Counted from the stretch's first letter, positions 21,845 to 34,713 are shown. The stretch is 64,000 nt of DNA from an uncultured Pseudomonadota bacterium (GCA_963749075.1 CAVVLJ010000022.1:96001-160000), one strand, 5' to 3'. Numbers and translations: made by a program. Notes: generated from the sequence alone by a model not told the origin.

Positions 21845-22011
21845 GGTAGCGCTTGCCGCCGTTTATTCCGCATCATAGCCTGGTCAACGTTCGGGCCATC
21901 CGCAGAGCGTCGGGAAGCGGCAAATGCCGCCGCCTCGCCCCCTTGCCGAATAAGATCGCATTCACGCCGCAAAAAGCATAGACTCCGCTATCCTCCATCA
22001 CAGGAGCCGCC

Positions 22012-22317
22012 GTGACCAGCGAGGAAGGCCACATTCGGGTTGTGGCGCGCCAGGCCGTCTGCGCCATGGTCGGCCGTCATATCGAAGTATCGGTCGATGC
22101 CGATCGGGTGCTGCGGCTGATACCGCCGAATGGGGCGGGCGCCGAGGTTCGTGTCGAGATGCTGGGCCCCGTCGGTGCGCCGGAGCGCAGCAACGTCACG
22201 GTATCGGCCAAAGCGGAGGCGGCGGCGTGGGGCATCGACGAGATCGTGAGTGCCGCGCGCCGTGCTGCAGACAGGATATTGATCAAGAATCCCTCCTGGC
22301 GCCGGACATTGGCATGA
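22012..22317 (+). CDS. Hypothetical protein
   Basis: AGGAG RBS before GTG; plausible 101-aa ORF with no recognised motif. Confidence 0.5.
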   Translation: MTSEEGHIRVVARQAVCAMVGRHIEVSVDADRVLRLIPPNGAGAEVRVEMLGPVGAPERSNVTVSAKAEAAAWGIDEIVSAARRAADRILIKNPSWRRTLA

Positions 22318-22549
22318 CCCACGCCGCATCGTGAGCAGCTTCGCCGCACTTTCACCCGCCTCCGGGCGGCGGGAAACGGGGCACCCGGCGCCGCCGGAAT
22401 ACGGCACGCCGCTCGCGGCAGCTTGCAAATCTGGAGCTCGATCGCCATTTCGATGTCATCCCGCCGCTTGACGAGAGACTGGCCGTTGTCCGGAGCCGAT
22501 GCGTCCCGGACGGAAGACTCCGATATCTCCACCCCAGAGAAGGCTCAAA

Positions 22550-22759
22550 ATGCACGCGCACAAGTATAAGGTCGGACAGAAGGTCAGGTTCTTTCAGCGC
22601 TCGATCAGCCTTCTGCCGCGGCCGGGCAATCCCGAAGCCTCTCCCGAGCGCTATGAGATCGCCCGGCTTCTGCCCAGCAATGGTGCCGAGTTTCAGTATC
22701 GCATCAAGGGATGCACCAAGGGGCAGGAGCGCGTCGTGACGGAAAGCGAGATCGGATGA
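22550..22759 (+). CDS. Small conserved hypothetical protein (predicted beta-rich)
   Basis: MHAHKYKVGQKVRF...YEIARLLP...FQYRIK...ERVVTESEI, a pattern typical of a small alphaproteobacterial family. Confidence 0.7.
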   Translation: MHAHKYKVGQKVRFFQRSISLLPRPGNPEASPERYEIARLLPSNGAEFQYRIKGCTKGQERVVTESEIG

Positions 22760-22938
22760 CGGCCGCCTCGCGGCCGCTCGGCCTCTCTCGCAAGTTGCCC
22801 GTGATACGGTCGTCGCCGGCGGCGCATGAAGCCGACGGCTCATGAGCTTGCGAAAAATCCGCCAGCCGGCCGGCCGCGAGAGGCTGAGAGCCGCCCACCC
22901 CATCGAGAAAGATCCAGCATGAAAAACGCACGCAGACA

Positions 22939-23232
22939 GTGCCTAGGAGCACGAAGACGCCCTCAAAGAGCGCGGCCCGCGCGGCCGCGGGCAAGCTGAT
23001 GGCCGACGATCGAGACGGCAAGGCAAAGGGCGGGGCGCCGGCCAGCGGGCTGCCCACGGACGAGGAAATCGAGGCAGCTGCCGATCGCTTGGGTGCGGAT
23101 TGGCTGCGCGGCGCCGCGCGGCCGCACGCCGCCGGGGCGAGCCGGATCGTTCAGAACCTCGCGCATGGCCGCGCGCATCCCGTGACGGTGGAGATCAGGC
23201 GCTTGCCGCAGCGCCCCGCCAAACCGCGCTGA
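22939..23232 (+). CDS. Hypothetical protein with IF2-associated-region-like C-terminal motif
   Basis: C-terminal IVQNLAHGRAHPVTVEIRR resembles the VRQSFSHGRSKTVVVEVKK motif of the alphaproteobacterial IF2 N-terminus. Confidence 0.5.
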   Translation: MPRSTKTPSKSAARAAAGKLMADDRDGKAKGGAPASGLPTDEEIEAAADRLGADWLRGAARPHAAGASRIVQNLAHGRAHPVTVEIRRLPQRPAKPR

Positions 23233-23277
23233 CGCTGGCGATTTTCCCCCTCTGCCCGACGCCTGCCGCGGAAGAAG

Positions 23278-23306
23278 CTTGACATTTCCGCGCCGATCAC
23301 CATTTA
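23278..23306 (+). promoter_or_regulatory. Putative promoter of the DEAD-box helicase gene (long leader)
   Basis: CTTGACA-N14-ACCATTTA, about 175 nt upstream of the ATG. Confidence 0.45.
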
Positions 23307-23483
23307 TGCAGGCAGATTACTCGCGATCGCGCGAGGGGCTTCCGCACAGCGGGGCCGACCTTTCACGAGATAATCCTCAAAACCTCCGTTCCTCCAATGC
23401 GCATGGACGACGGCAAAGCGCCAGCGGCCATGCGCGTCCTGATGGGCGTGCCTTTTGCGGCGCCATAAGGACAACTGCATCTC

Positions 23484-24761
23484 ATGAGCAATACGACTTT
23501 CACCACACTTGGCCTCGTCGAGCCGATTCTCCGTTCGCTCGAGGCCGAGGGCTACAAGGCGCCCACGCCCATCCAGGCGCGGGCCATTCCGCCGCTCCTT
23601 GCCGGCAAAGATCTGCTCGGCATAGCGCAGACGGGAACCGGCAAGACGGCGGCCTTCGCACTTCCGCTCCTCCAGCATCTCTCGCAGTCCGCCGGGCGGG
23701 CGCAACCGCGCGGCGCGCGCGCCCTCATCCTGGCGCCGACGCGCGAGCTCGCCATTCAGATCGCCGACGCCCTCTCCGCCTACGGCCGGCATCTCAAGCT
23801 GCGCCACGCCGTCATCCTGGGCGGCGTCCCCCAGGGCCGCCAGGTCAAGGCGCTCGCCGGCGGCGTCGATGTCGTCGTCGCGACGCCCGGCCGGCTGCTC
23901 GATCTCGTCGATCAGCGCTATCTCCGCCTCGACGGCGTCTCCCGGCTCGTGCTCGACGAAGCCGACCGCATGCTCGACATCGGCTTCATTCACGCCATCC
24001 GCAAGATCGTGGCACTGCTGCCGCGCCAGCGTCAAAGCATCATGTTCTCGGCGACCATGCCGGCCGATGTCGAGCGGCTCGCGCGCGACATCCTGCACGA
24101 TCCGGTCCGTATCGCGGTGACGCCGTCGGCGACCACGGTCGATCTTGTCGAGCAGCGCGTGATGCACGTCGACGCGAAGCAGAAGCGCGCCGTGCTCGCC
24201 GAGCTGTTCGCCGATCGGTCGCTCTCGCGGGTTCTCGTCTTCACGCGCACGAAGCATGGCGCCAATCGCGTGGCCGAGCATCTCGACCGCTCCGGCATCG
24301 CCGCCGAAGCCATCCATGGCAACAAGTCGCAAGGTGCCCGTCAGCGCGCCCTGGAGAACTTCAAGCTTGGCGCTGCGCGTGCGCTCGTGGCGACCGACAT
24401 CGCGGCGCGCGGCATCGACATCGACGACGTGACCCACGTCATCAATTTCGAGCTGCCCAATGAGCCCGAGACCTACGTGCACCGCATCGGCAGGACCGCG
24501 CGCGCGGGCGCCCGCGGCATCGCCGTCTCGCTCTGCGATGCGTCGGAGACCGATTACCTGCGCCGCATCGAGAAACTGACGGGCTGCCGCATCGGGATCG
24601 TCGGAGGCACGGGCCAGGCGCCGCCAAGCCCGAGCCGGGATGGACAGCCGTTCCGTCAAACGAAACCCGCCCAAGCGAGGGCGCACCAGGAAAAGGGCTT
24701 CCGGCACAGAGGCCGTCAGCGCTTCCAGCGCCGCTCCGACACGGCCCGCGCCGGGATCTAG
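23484..24761 (+). CDS. rhlE: DEAD-box RNA helicase (RhlE-like)
   Basis: [41 protein letters not shown]. Confidence 0.93.
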   Translation: MSNTTFTTLGLVEPILRSLEAEGYKAPTPIQARAIPPLLAGKDLLGIAQTGTGKTAAFALPLLQHLSQSAGRAQPRGARALILAPTRELAIQIADALSAYGRHLKLRHAVILGGVPQGRQVKALAGGVDVVVATPGRLLDLVDQRYLRLDGVSRLVLDEADRMLDIGFIHAIRKIVALLPRQRQSIMFSATMPADVERLARDILHDPVRIAVTPSATTVDLVEQRVMHVDAKQKRAVLAELFADRSLSRVLVFTRTKHGANRVAEHLDRSGIAAEAIHGNKSQGARQRALENFKLGAARALVATDIAARGIDIDDVTHVINFELPNEPETYVHRIGRTARAGARGIAVSLCDASETDYLRRIEKLTGCRIGIVGGTGQAPPSPSRDGQPFRQTKPAQARAHQEKGFRHRGRQRFQRRSDTARAGI

Positions 24762-24806
24762 GCTGGCTACTCCAAAGTTCGTTGGAGGCGGCCGAACACC
24801 TTTCTT

Positions 24807-24891
24807 CGTCGCTCCCGCGAAAGCGGGAGTCCGGTCCGAGCCGGCGTTCTACCGGAACACCGCCTGGATGCCCGCTTTCGCGGGCATGACG
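24807..24891. repeat. REP/REPIN-like inverted doublet
   Basis: CGTCGCTCCCGCGAAAGCGGGAGTCC...GGATGCCCGCTTTCGCGGGCATGACG: two hairpin units in inverted orientation. Confidence 0.8.
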
Positions 24892-25018
24892 CGCGCTCGA
24901 CCGGACTTGTTTTTGTGCGCCTCCATAGCAATCTATGGTGGATGCTCCAGTAACGCGCCCGGCCTGAAGATCAATTCCCGGTGTTGGCTGCGCCGTCCGC
25001 GGGGCAAGGAGAGACGCA

Positions 25019-25417
25019 ATGAAACGCTTGCTACTCGCGGCCGAACACGGCGACGCCGGTGCCCAATTCAATGTTGGCATCCTCTATGACAACCGGCTGG
25101 ACGACAATGGCCACCCCACTGCGGGCAACCGGCCGGAGTCGATCAAGTGGCTGCTCAGGGCCGCTCAGCAAGGATTGGCTCGCGCGCAAAACAGGCTCGC
25201 GGAGATCTACGCCGAGGACACCGATGCGCCGGGGGACCGCGTCAAGGCTTGCGTCTGGTTTCTTCTGGCGGCGGCGAACCTGAGCGGCGCTCATCGCCAG
25301 GCGGCGCAGTCGGGATACGAGCGGCTTGCCAAGGAGATGACGCCTGCGCAGATCGCGAAAGTGCGGCGTCTCGCGCGGCTCTGGAAGCCGACGGCGCCGG
25401 ACAAGGCGGCCGGTTAG
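25019..25417 (+). CDS. Sel1-like repeat protein
   Basis: AAEHGDAGAQFNVGILY, WLLRAAQQGLARAQNRLAEIY, C-terminal MTPAQIAK. Confidence 0.85.
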   Translation: MKRLLLAAEHGDAGAQFNVGILYDNRLDDNGHPTAGNRPESIKWLLRAAQQGLARAQNRLAEIYAEDTDAPGDRVKACVWFLLAAANLSGAHRQAAQSGYERLAKEMTPAQIAKVRRLARLWKPTAPDKAAG

Positions 25418-25456
25418 CCGGCGTGGGTCAACGCGGGCCGTCGAAGGTGGGTGACT

Positions 25457-25747
25457 ATGACGGACGATCCGGTCGAGCTCGATGAGCACCGCGGCATGAT
25501 GGCCCAGAAGTCCACCGAGATCCGCCGGCGTCTCCACGAGGTGCAGGCCAACCAGACGGCGCTGCGGCATCGGCAGGAGGAATTCGAGAAGTTTCTCCTC
25601 GCCGCTCCCGCGGCGACGTGGCTGGAGGCGGCGGTGAAGGCGCGCTATCTCCTTCAGCTCTTTGCCGCCACCCCGGATGCTCAAGACCCGCGCCGCAAAG
25701 AGCTCATCGCGAGCGTGCTGGACGACCTCGCGCGGTTATCCGAATAA
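25457..25747 (+). CDS. Conserved hypothetical helical protein
   Basis: MTDDPVELDEHRGMMAQKSTEIRR...AAPAATWLEAAVKARYLL; coiled-coil-like; directly upstream of the glucan synthase. Confidence 0.75.
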   Translation: MTDDPVELDEHRGMMAQKSTEIRRRLHEVQANQTALRHRQEEFEKFLLAAPAATWLEAAVKARYLLQLFAATPDAQDPRRKELIASVLDDLARLSE

Positions 25748-25821
25748 TGGAGATCATTGCCGGGAGGTGACGGCCGGCTGGGCGGCCGATCTTGGCACGC
25801 TCGACGCGTGGAGAGCAACGA

Positions 25822-28800
25822 TTGTCAATCCTTCATGCCTTCAAGCGTCCGCCGACACCCTCCCCCTGGTCGAACGAAGAGCCAGTCCGCGCGGATCTCT
25901 TCAGCATCGAGCGCCTCGAGCAGCATGCCAAGAGCCTCGCGGCCGCAGAAGGCGTTGCGCCAAAGCCGGGGGCCGGCCGGCCGCTTGCGGCACGGCTGCG
26001 AGACAACGGCCGGGCTCTGCTCGAAGCCTATCGCACGATCGCCAAGGGTACTCGCGAGGAGCATCCGATAACGCCCGCCGCCGAGTGGCTGATCGACAAT
26101 GTTCACGTCGTCGACGAGCAAATCCGCAAAATCAAGGACGATCTCCCACCCGGCTTCTACCGCCAGCTTCCTAAGCTCGCGGGCGGGCCGTTGGAGGGGT
26201 ATCCGCGCGTGTTCGGTCTGGCCTGGGCCTTCATCGCCCACACTGACAGCCGCTATGACCCGGAGACCCTGTTTCGCTTCGTGCAAGCATACCAGTCCGT
26301 GCAGCCGCTCACGATCGGCGAGCTCTGGGCGGTCGCGATCACGTTGCGGATCGTCCTCGTGGAGAATTTGCGGCGTCTCGCCGATGGCATCGTAAAACGC
26401 CGAACGGCACGGCGGGAAGCCGATATCCTGGCCGATCGCCTGTTGGGCGTCGGCAGCGAGGAAGCGGAACCGGCGGCGGAGGTCCTGTCCGGCCTCGATC
26501 CGGCCTCATTGTCGGTGGCCTTCGTTGCACAGCTGGTGCAACGCTTGCGCGATCAGGATCCGAGGGTGACGCCGGCCGTCCTGTGGTTGGACGAACGCCT
26601 GGCCGCTCGGCGAACGACCGCCGACGAAATCGTCCGAGAGGAGCACCAGAGGCAGGGTGCGACGAACGTGACGATCCGCAACATCATCACGAGCATGCGC
26701 CTCATATCGGACGTCGACTGGCCGGAGTTTTTCGAGAGCGTCAGTCTAATCGATGCGACGCTGCGCGCCGGCAGCAATTTCGCTGAAATGGACTTTCCCA
26801 CGCGCGATCTCTACCGGCGCGCGATAGAAGAGATGGCGCGCGGTTCGGGGCGCTCGGAGCTCGAACGTCGCTCGGCGCGCGCTGTTGGCTGCCGAGCGCG
26901 CATCGCACGACCCCGGGTACTACCTCATCGCGAAAGGGCGGCGCCGCTTCGAGAAGGAGCTCGGATATCGCGTCTCGATGGGAGGAAGGCTCGCTCGGGC
27001 CAATGCGGCCATCGGGATCGCGGGATACGTCGGGACGATCGCCATCGTCATCGCGATCATCGTTGCTCTGACGTTGTTCTGCACAACGGGCTCCGGAAGC
27101 AGCTGGGCGCTTTGCGCGCTGGTCCTCCTCGCCTTGATTCCGGCATCGGACGCGGCGCTCGCGCTGGTGAATCGCGGCGCCATGGACCTGATCGGTGCCA
27201 CGGTCCTGCCCGGTCTCGAGCTTCGCGGCGGCATACCGCGGCAGCTCAGAACGATGGTCGTCATCCCCACGCTGCTCACAACACGCGCCGCCCTCGAGGA
27301 GCAGATCGAGCGCCTCGAGGTCCACCATCTGGCGAGCCCGGACGGGGACATCCGCTTTGCCCTGCTCTCGGACTGGACCGACTCGGCCGCGGAGCATGCG
27401 CCGGGCGACGACGAGCTATTCGACGCGGCCGTCGACGGGATCGCGCAGTTGAACCGGCGGCACGAACCGGCGCCGGATGGCGACCGGTTCTTGCTGCTCC
27501 ACCGCCGAAGGGTGTGGAACGAGGGCCAGAGAAAGTGGATTGGATGGGAGCGGAAGCGCGGCAAGCTTCACGAGCTCAATCGATTGCTTCGCGGTGCCTC
27601 CGACACGACCTTCCTGGCGGCCGGCGGCGGGACCCCCGTGGTGCCCGACGGCGTTCGCTACGTCATTACTCTTGATGGCGACACGCGTCTGCCGAGGTCG
27701 GCCGCAAAGCGGCTTGTCGGGAAGATGGCCCATCCGCTCAATCGTCCGCTCTTCGATGCCGCAACCAGCCGCGTCGTTGACGGGCATGCCGTGCTCCAGC
27801 CGCGGGTTACGCCGTCCCTGCCGGTCGCCCGCGAGGGTTCGTTCTTCCAGCGTGTCTACTCGAGCTCGGGCGGGCTCGACCCTTACGCCTTCGCGGTCTC
27901 GGACGTGTACCAGGATCTCTTCGGGGAAGGTTCGTACTCGGGCAAGGGGATTTACGATGTGGACGCCTTCGAGGCCGCCTTGGAAGGGAGAGTCCCGGAC
28001 AGCACGCTCTTGAGCCACGACCTCTTCGAGGGAACCTTCGCTCGTGCCGGCCTTTGTTCGGACATTGAGGTCGTTGAGGAATTTCCATCGCGTTACAACG
28101 TCGCCGCGGCGCGCCAGCATCGGTGGGCGCGCGGCGATTGGCAGTTGTTTGCTTGGATTTTCGGCCGCGGTCCGGACTCGAACAGCGCCCCGGGCCGGTC
28201 CGCGATGCCGCTGATCGGGCGCTGGAAGATGTTGGACAACCTGCGCCGGACGCTATCGGCGCCAGCCGCGTTTGTCGCATTGCTGGGAGGGTGGATCCTG
28301 CCCTTTGCTTCCGCCGCGGCCTGGAGCGGGTTTGTTCTTGCCACGATCGCGACGCCCGCTCTCCTTCCCGTTCTCGCGGGCATCGCACCCCGTCGACGCG
28401 GCATCTCAGTGCGGAGCCACGTGTTCGCCGTCGGTTCCGATCTCAAGCTCGCGCTGTCGCAGGTCATACTCCAGGCGATCCTGCTGGCCCATCAGGCATG
28501 GCTGATGGCAGACGCCATCGGCCGAACGCTATTTCGCCGGTTCGTCTCGCATCGGAACCTGCTCGAATGGATCGCCGCCGCGCAGGCAAGAATCAGCCCG
28601 CGGCTCGATCTTGGCGGGTTCTATCGGCAGATGGCAGGCGGCGTGGCGCTCGCTGCCGCGGCGGGGGCTCTCGTGGCATGGGCGCGGCCAGGCTCCTGGC
28701 CGATCGCGGCGCCGTTCGTGGCTCTGTGGCTGGTGTCGCCCGCCGTCGCGCGGTGGGCGAGCCTGCCGCCCGGCACCGGAGTCCGCAAGCCTATTTCCGC

Positions 28801-31800
28801 AGCGGACGCACGATCGCTGCGCCTGATCGCGCGACGCACCTGGCGCTTCTTCGAGACCTTCGTCACCGCCGAAGATCACATGCTTCCCCCCGACAACTTT
28901 CAGGAAGTGCCGAAGCCGGTGCTGGCCCATCGGACCTCCCCCACGAATCTCGGCCTCTACCTCCTGTCCGTCGTTGCTGCCCGAGAATTCGGCTGGCTGG
29001 CGACGCTCGACGCGGTGGACCGACTGGAGGCGACACTGGGGACGATGGACGGCCTCGAGCGCTTTCGCGGGCACTTCTACAACTGGTACGAAACGCGCGA
29101 GCTGCGTCCTTTGGATCCGAAATACATCTCCTCGGTCGATAGCGGAAATCTCGCCGGGCACCTGATCGCCCTCTTGAATTATTGCAGAGGGAGGATCGAC
29201 CGTCCCGTCGCGGGCCCCGAGTGGGTCGCTGGCATCGAAGATGCGTTGGCGCTCGCGCGCGAATCGCTGTGTGCACTCCCCGATCGCGGTCAGCGGCAGT
29301 CCGAGGCTGAGGGGCGGTTGGACGCGGCGCTCGACGCCCTGACCGCGTTGCTCAAAGGGGCTCCTGCGACCGCGACGGGCGTGGTGCTGCAATTGGCAGA
29401 GCTTGCGCATTGCGCCGACGGCGTTGCCGCACTCGCACGAACCTTGGCCGAGGAGCGGGGCGGCGATGGCAGCGCCGACGTTTTGATCTGGGCGGAGGCC
29501 ATGCGCGCATCCATCCGGAGCCATCTGCGCGACATCGAGCTGTTACTGCCTTGGGCGAGTCTGCTCGCGGGTGATGACGGATTTGTCGCAGCGATCATGG
29601 ATCGAAACGCCGCTCCCGAGGATGCGCTGGGGCCTTTCCTCGCCACGATCCCGACCCTCGCCGATTTACCCGATCATTGCGAGGCGGCGATCCGCACTCT
29701 GGCACATCGCCGTGCGCAGCTTGCGGCAGAGACCGCCGCCGGAGACGGCGCACGCGCGAAACTCGACGCTCTGGTTGAGGCCCTCGAAGGCTCCGCTCGC
29801 GCCGCAAGGGCGCTGGAAGGGCGCCTTGCGGCGCTCGCAACCCTGGCGGGGAAGATGTTCTGGGCCATGGAGTTCGACTTTCTCTTGGACCCCGCGCGTC
29901 TGCTCCTCTCGATCGGGTATCGGGTCGCGGATGGAAGTCTCGACCCCGGCTGCTACGATCTGCTCGCCTCCGAAGCGCGGCTTGCGAGCTTCGTCGCGAT
30001 TGCCAAAGGGGACGCGCCGGCCCGGCACTGGTTTCGGCTCGGGCGGGCCGTTACGCCCGTCGACTATGGCTCTGCGCTGATCTCATGGTCCGGATCGATG
30101 TTCGAATACCTGATGCCGTCGCTGGTGATGCGCGCGCCGGCCGGGAGCCTGCTCGACCAGACCGCCCGGCTGGTGGTCCGCCGGCAGATGAAACATGGCG
30201 CCGCGCTTGGATTGCCTTGGGGTGTATCGGAATCCGCTTACAACGCGCGTGATCTGGAGTTGACCTATCAGTATTTGAGTTTCGGCATTCCGGGCCTGGG
30301 TCTCAAGCGCGGGCTCAGCGAGAACGCCGTCATCGCACCTTACGCGACGGCGCTCGCGGCAATGGTGGACCCGGCGGCCGCCGTAAAGAACTTCTCGGCT
30401 CTGACCGCCGCAGGCGGCCGTGGCGGGTATGGCTGGTACGACGCCCTCGATTACACCCCGACGCGTCTGCCCGAGGGAGAGGAGGTGGCGATTGTCTTCG
30501 CATACATGGCGCACCATCAGGGAATGACCGTGGTGGCCATCGCCAATGCGCTCCGGGATGGCGCCATGCGCGCGTGCTTTCACGCCGAGCCGATCGTTGA
30601 AGCGACGGAGCTCCTGCTGCAAGAGCGGCCGCCCCGAGAACGTCGCGGTCGTTCGGCCGTGGGGCGACGAGGTGCGCTCTGCGGCGCATGTCCGGGAGCG
30701 CGTTCAACCAATGCTGCGCCGGTTTCAATCGCCGCATGACCTCGTCCCTCGTACTCACCTTCTCTCGAACGGCAGTTATGCCGTGATGATTACCAGCGCC
30801 GGCTCGGGATACAGCCGCTGGCGCGATCTGGCCATCACGCGCTGGCGCGCGGACGTCACCTGCGATCCCTGGGGGTCATATATCTTCCTCCGGGATGCAA
30901 AGAGCGGGGAGGTGTGGTCGGCGGGATACCAACCGAGCGGCATCGAGCCGGATCGCTACGACGTGACCTTCTCGGAAGACCGCGCCGAGATCGTCAGGCG
31001 GGATGGCAGGGTTGTGACGTCCCTCGCGATAGCGGTTTCGCCGGAGGACGACGCCGAGGTTCGCCGCGTGTCGATATCGAACCTGGACAATCGCGATCGG
31101 GAAATCGAAGTGACTTCCTACGCCGAGCTTGTCTTGGCGGTGCATGCGGCCGACCTGGCGCATCCCGCCTTTTCCAAGCTGTTCGTGCAAACCGAGTTCG
31201 TCGCCGATGCCGGCACTCTGTTGGCGACGCGCCGGCGCCGATCGCCCAGCGAGCCCGAGGTCTGGGCGGCGCATCTCGCTGTCGTCGAGGGCGAGGCGGT
31301 CGGCGACCTCGAATTCGAGACCGATCGGGCGCGCTTTATCGGGCGCGGATGCGGGATTTCGGCACCGGCCGCCATGATTGAGGGCCGTGCCCTGACCAAC
31401 ACGGCCGGCACCGTACTCGATCCCATTTTCAGTCTACGTCGTCGTGTGACGGTTCCTCCTGGCGGCACGGTGCGCGTCGCGTTCTGGACGCTGGTTGCGT
31501 CCTCGCGCAGTGAATTGCTCGATCTCGCCGACAAGCATCGTGACCCGACGGCCTTCGAGCGGGCGATTACCCTGTCGTGGACTCAGGCGCAAGTGCAGCT
31601 CCAACATCTCGGCGTCTCCTCCGACGAGGCGCACCTCTTCCAACGTCTTGCCAATCGCGTCCTCTACTCTGACCCGACGTTGCGGCCGTCACCCGACAGA
31701 TTGAAGCAAAACTCGCTGGGACCACAGGTGCTGTGGCCCCATGGAATCTCCGGCGATCTGCCCATCGTTCTCGTTCGCATTGATGAGGAGGAGGATCTCG

Positions 31801-34593
31801 TGATCGTGCGCGAGCTGTTGCGCGCCCACGAATATTTGCGGATGAAACAGCTGGCCGTCGATCTGGTGATCCTGAACGAAAGGCCGCCGTCTTACGCTCA
31901 GGACCTGCAGAACGCCTTGGACGCCGTGGTTCGGTCGCATCAGCCGCGACTGCCCGCCGGCGGCGAGGGCACTCGGGGAAAAGTGTTCATCGTGCGCGCA
32001 GACCTGGCAACGATCGAGGCGCGGATCGCCCTCCAGGCCGTGGCGCGCGCCGTGCTTCTGAGCCGTCGCGGGAGCCTTGCCGAGCAGGTCAAACGCCTGA
32101 AAGAACCCAAGCCCGCCACCCCGCCGCCCGCACGACGCTCTTCGCCGCGCCGGTTGCCGGAGCCGACTCTCCGCCGGTCCGATGCGGAGTTCTTCAACGG
32201 CCTCGGCGGCTTCGCCGGCGGGGGACGGGAATACGTGACGGTTCTCGGCGAGGGCCAGTGGACGCCGGCACCCTGGATCAACGTGATCGCCAATCCCACG
32301 TTGGGCTTTCAGGCGTCGGTCGAGGGCGGAGGCTACACATGGTCGATCAATAGCCGGGAGAACCAGCTCACCCCTTGGTCGAACGACCCTGTCGTCGATC
32401 GGCCGGGCGAGATCATCTACCTGCGTGACGAGGTAAGCGGCGAGCTGTGGGGTCCAACGGCCCTTCCAATACGCGAGAATGGCACGATCTACGTCGTTCG
32501 CCACGGCCAGGGCTACAGCCGGTTCGAACACGCGTCGCATGGGATATCGCTCGAGCTTCTGCAATACGTGCCGGTGGACGCGCCGATCAAGATCGCCCGG
32601 CTGAAGATCCGAAACAACTCCGGACGACGCCGGAGTCTCTCGGTGACCGCCTATGTGGAGTGGGTGCTCGGCACATCCCGCGAGGCTTCGGCGCCATTCG
32701 TGGTGACGGAGATCGACGCTGTGAGCGGAGCGATGCTTGCGCGGAATTCCTGGCGCACCGAGTTCGGCGCACGCGTCGCGTTCGCGGATTCTGGCCGGGC
32801 GACAGCAGGCATGGACGGGTGACAGGACGGAGTTCCTGGGACGCAACGGCGCGCTCGATCGCCCTGCAGCGCTTGCCGGCACGGCCTCGCTCTCCAATCG
32901 GACCGGCGCGGGCCTCGATCCTTGCGGCGCTCTGCAAGCCCGCATCGAGCTTGAGCCGCAGGGTGCCACGGAGATCGCCTTCTTTCTCGGCGAGGCGGCG
33001 ACGAGGGCGGAGGCGGTCTCTCTCGTCACGCATTACCGCGCCGCCGACCTCGACAAGGTGCTGGAGGCGGTGACGCGCCACTGGGATGATGTCCTTGGTG
33101 CGGTCCAGGTCAAGACGCCTGACCGCGCGCTCGACATCCTGTTGAACCGATGGCTTCTCTACCAGACGCTCGCTTGTCGCCTCTGGGCGCGATCGGCGTT
33201 CTATCAAGCAAGCGGCGCCTACGGCTTCCGTGACCAGCTCCAGGACGGGATGGCGCTCGCCGTGTCGAAGCCGGCCGTGACGCGAGAGCATCTCTTGCGG
33301 GCCGCCGCGCGGCAATTTCCCGAGGGCGACGTTCAGCACTGGTGGTTGGCGCAGTCGGGCCAAGGGGTGCGTACGCGGGTCTCCGACGATCGGGTCTGGC
33401 TGCCCTATGCAGCCGCCCACTATGTCCAGGTCACGGGCGATCTCGGGGTATTGGACGAAGTGGTCCCCTTTCTCGACGGCCCGGCGCTCCGAGCCGGCGA
33501 GCACGACTCTTACTTTCAGCCCATGGTTTCCGAGAAGCGCGCCACTCTCTTCGAGCATTGCGCACTGGCTCTCGAGCAGAGTCTTTCGCTCGGCAGCCAC
33601 GGCATGCCCCGAATCGGCACGGGAGACTGGAATGACGGCATGAACCGGGTCGGAGAGGAAGGAAAGGGCGAAAGCGTCTGGCTCGGCTGGTTTCTCTATG
33701 CCACGCTCTCGGCCTTCGCCCCCTTGGCGGAGGACCGCGGTCAGTCAGCGCGCGCCGCGAGCTGGCTGCGGCACGCCGCTGCTCTAAAGGACGCTCTCGA
33801 GCGGGAGGGCTGGGACGGCGGCTGGTATCGGCGCGGTTATTTCGACGATGGCACGCCGCTTGGTTCGGCCGAGAGCAGCGAATGCCGCATCGACTCGATC
33901 GCGCAATCCTGGGGCGTGATCTCTCGTGCCGCGGATCCGGCTCGCAGGGCGCGCGCCATGGCGGCGGTGGAGGAATATCTCGTCCGTCGTGATGATGGGC
34001 TCGTCCTTCTCCTCACCCCGCCGTTCGATGAGACGCCGCGCGACCCCGGATACATCAAGGGATATCCGCCGGGCATCCGGGAAAACGGCGGTCAGTACAC
34101 CCACGCTGCGCTGTGGTCGGTGATCGCCTTCGCGATGCTCGGCGACGGCGACAAGGCGGCCGAGCTGCTCTCGATGTTGAATCCCATCAAACGCGCGAGC
34201 ACGCGGGCCGGGGTCGAGCGCTACAAGGTCGAGCCATATGTCATCTCAGCCGATGTCTACGCCGAGCCCCCGCATGTCGGTCGCGGCGGCTGGACTTGGT
34301 ACACCGGCTCCTCGGCATGGATGTACCGGGCGGGCCTCGAATGGATCCTCGGCTTTCGTTTGCAGGGAGCGGCGCTGTTGCTCGATCCCTGTGTGCCGCG
34401 GGCGTGGCCTCGCTTCGAGATCGTGCTGCGGTACCGCTCCGCGCGATATGAAATCGCGGTCGAGAACCCGCACGGTGTCAGCCGCGGAGTCGCCCGCGCG
34501 GAGATCGATGGCAACATCGTACCCGGCGGGTCAACGCCGATCCCGTTGCTGGACGACGGCGCGACCCATAAGGTGCGCATTGTTCTTGGATGA
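25822..34593 (+). CDS. ndvB: Cyclic beta-1,2-glucan synthase (Cgs/NdvB-like; synthase plus C-terminal GH94 phosphorylase), split by three +1 frameshifts at about 26864, 30639 and 32789
   Basis: PAAEWLIDN, LTIGELWAV, GWERKRGKL, YVITLDGDT, LSHDLFEG, RQHRWARGDWQ, YISSVDSGN, SWSGSMFEYLMP, YQASGAYGFRDQLQD, GDWNDGMN, RENGGQYTH, GGWTWYTGS occur in order across four track ORFs. Removing three bases gives one ORF of about 2,900 aa. Confidence 0.9.
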
Positions 34594-34713
34594 TGCCGCA
34601 TCGCGGCAAGCTGGAAGGGAATCTCGCATGGCTGGACCGCGGCATCCCAGCCGAGATGCGCGATTGTGCGGCAAGGCCGCTCTGCCTCTCCGCTATCCCG
34701 ATCGAGAAACGGC

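Noticed and set aside
25822-34593. Four separate genes, or a decayed pseudogene
   Set aside because: There are no in-frame stops after three single-base repairs, and the motifs are intact and in order.
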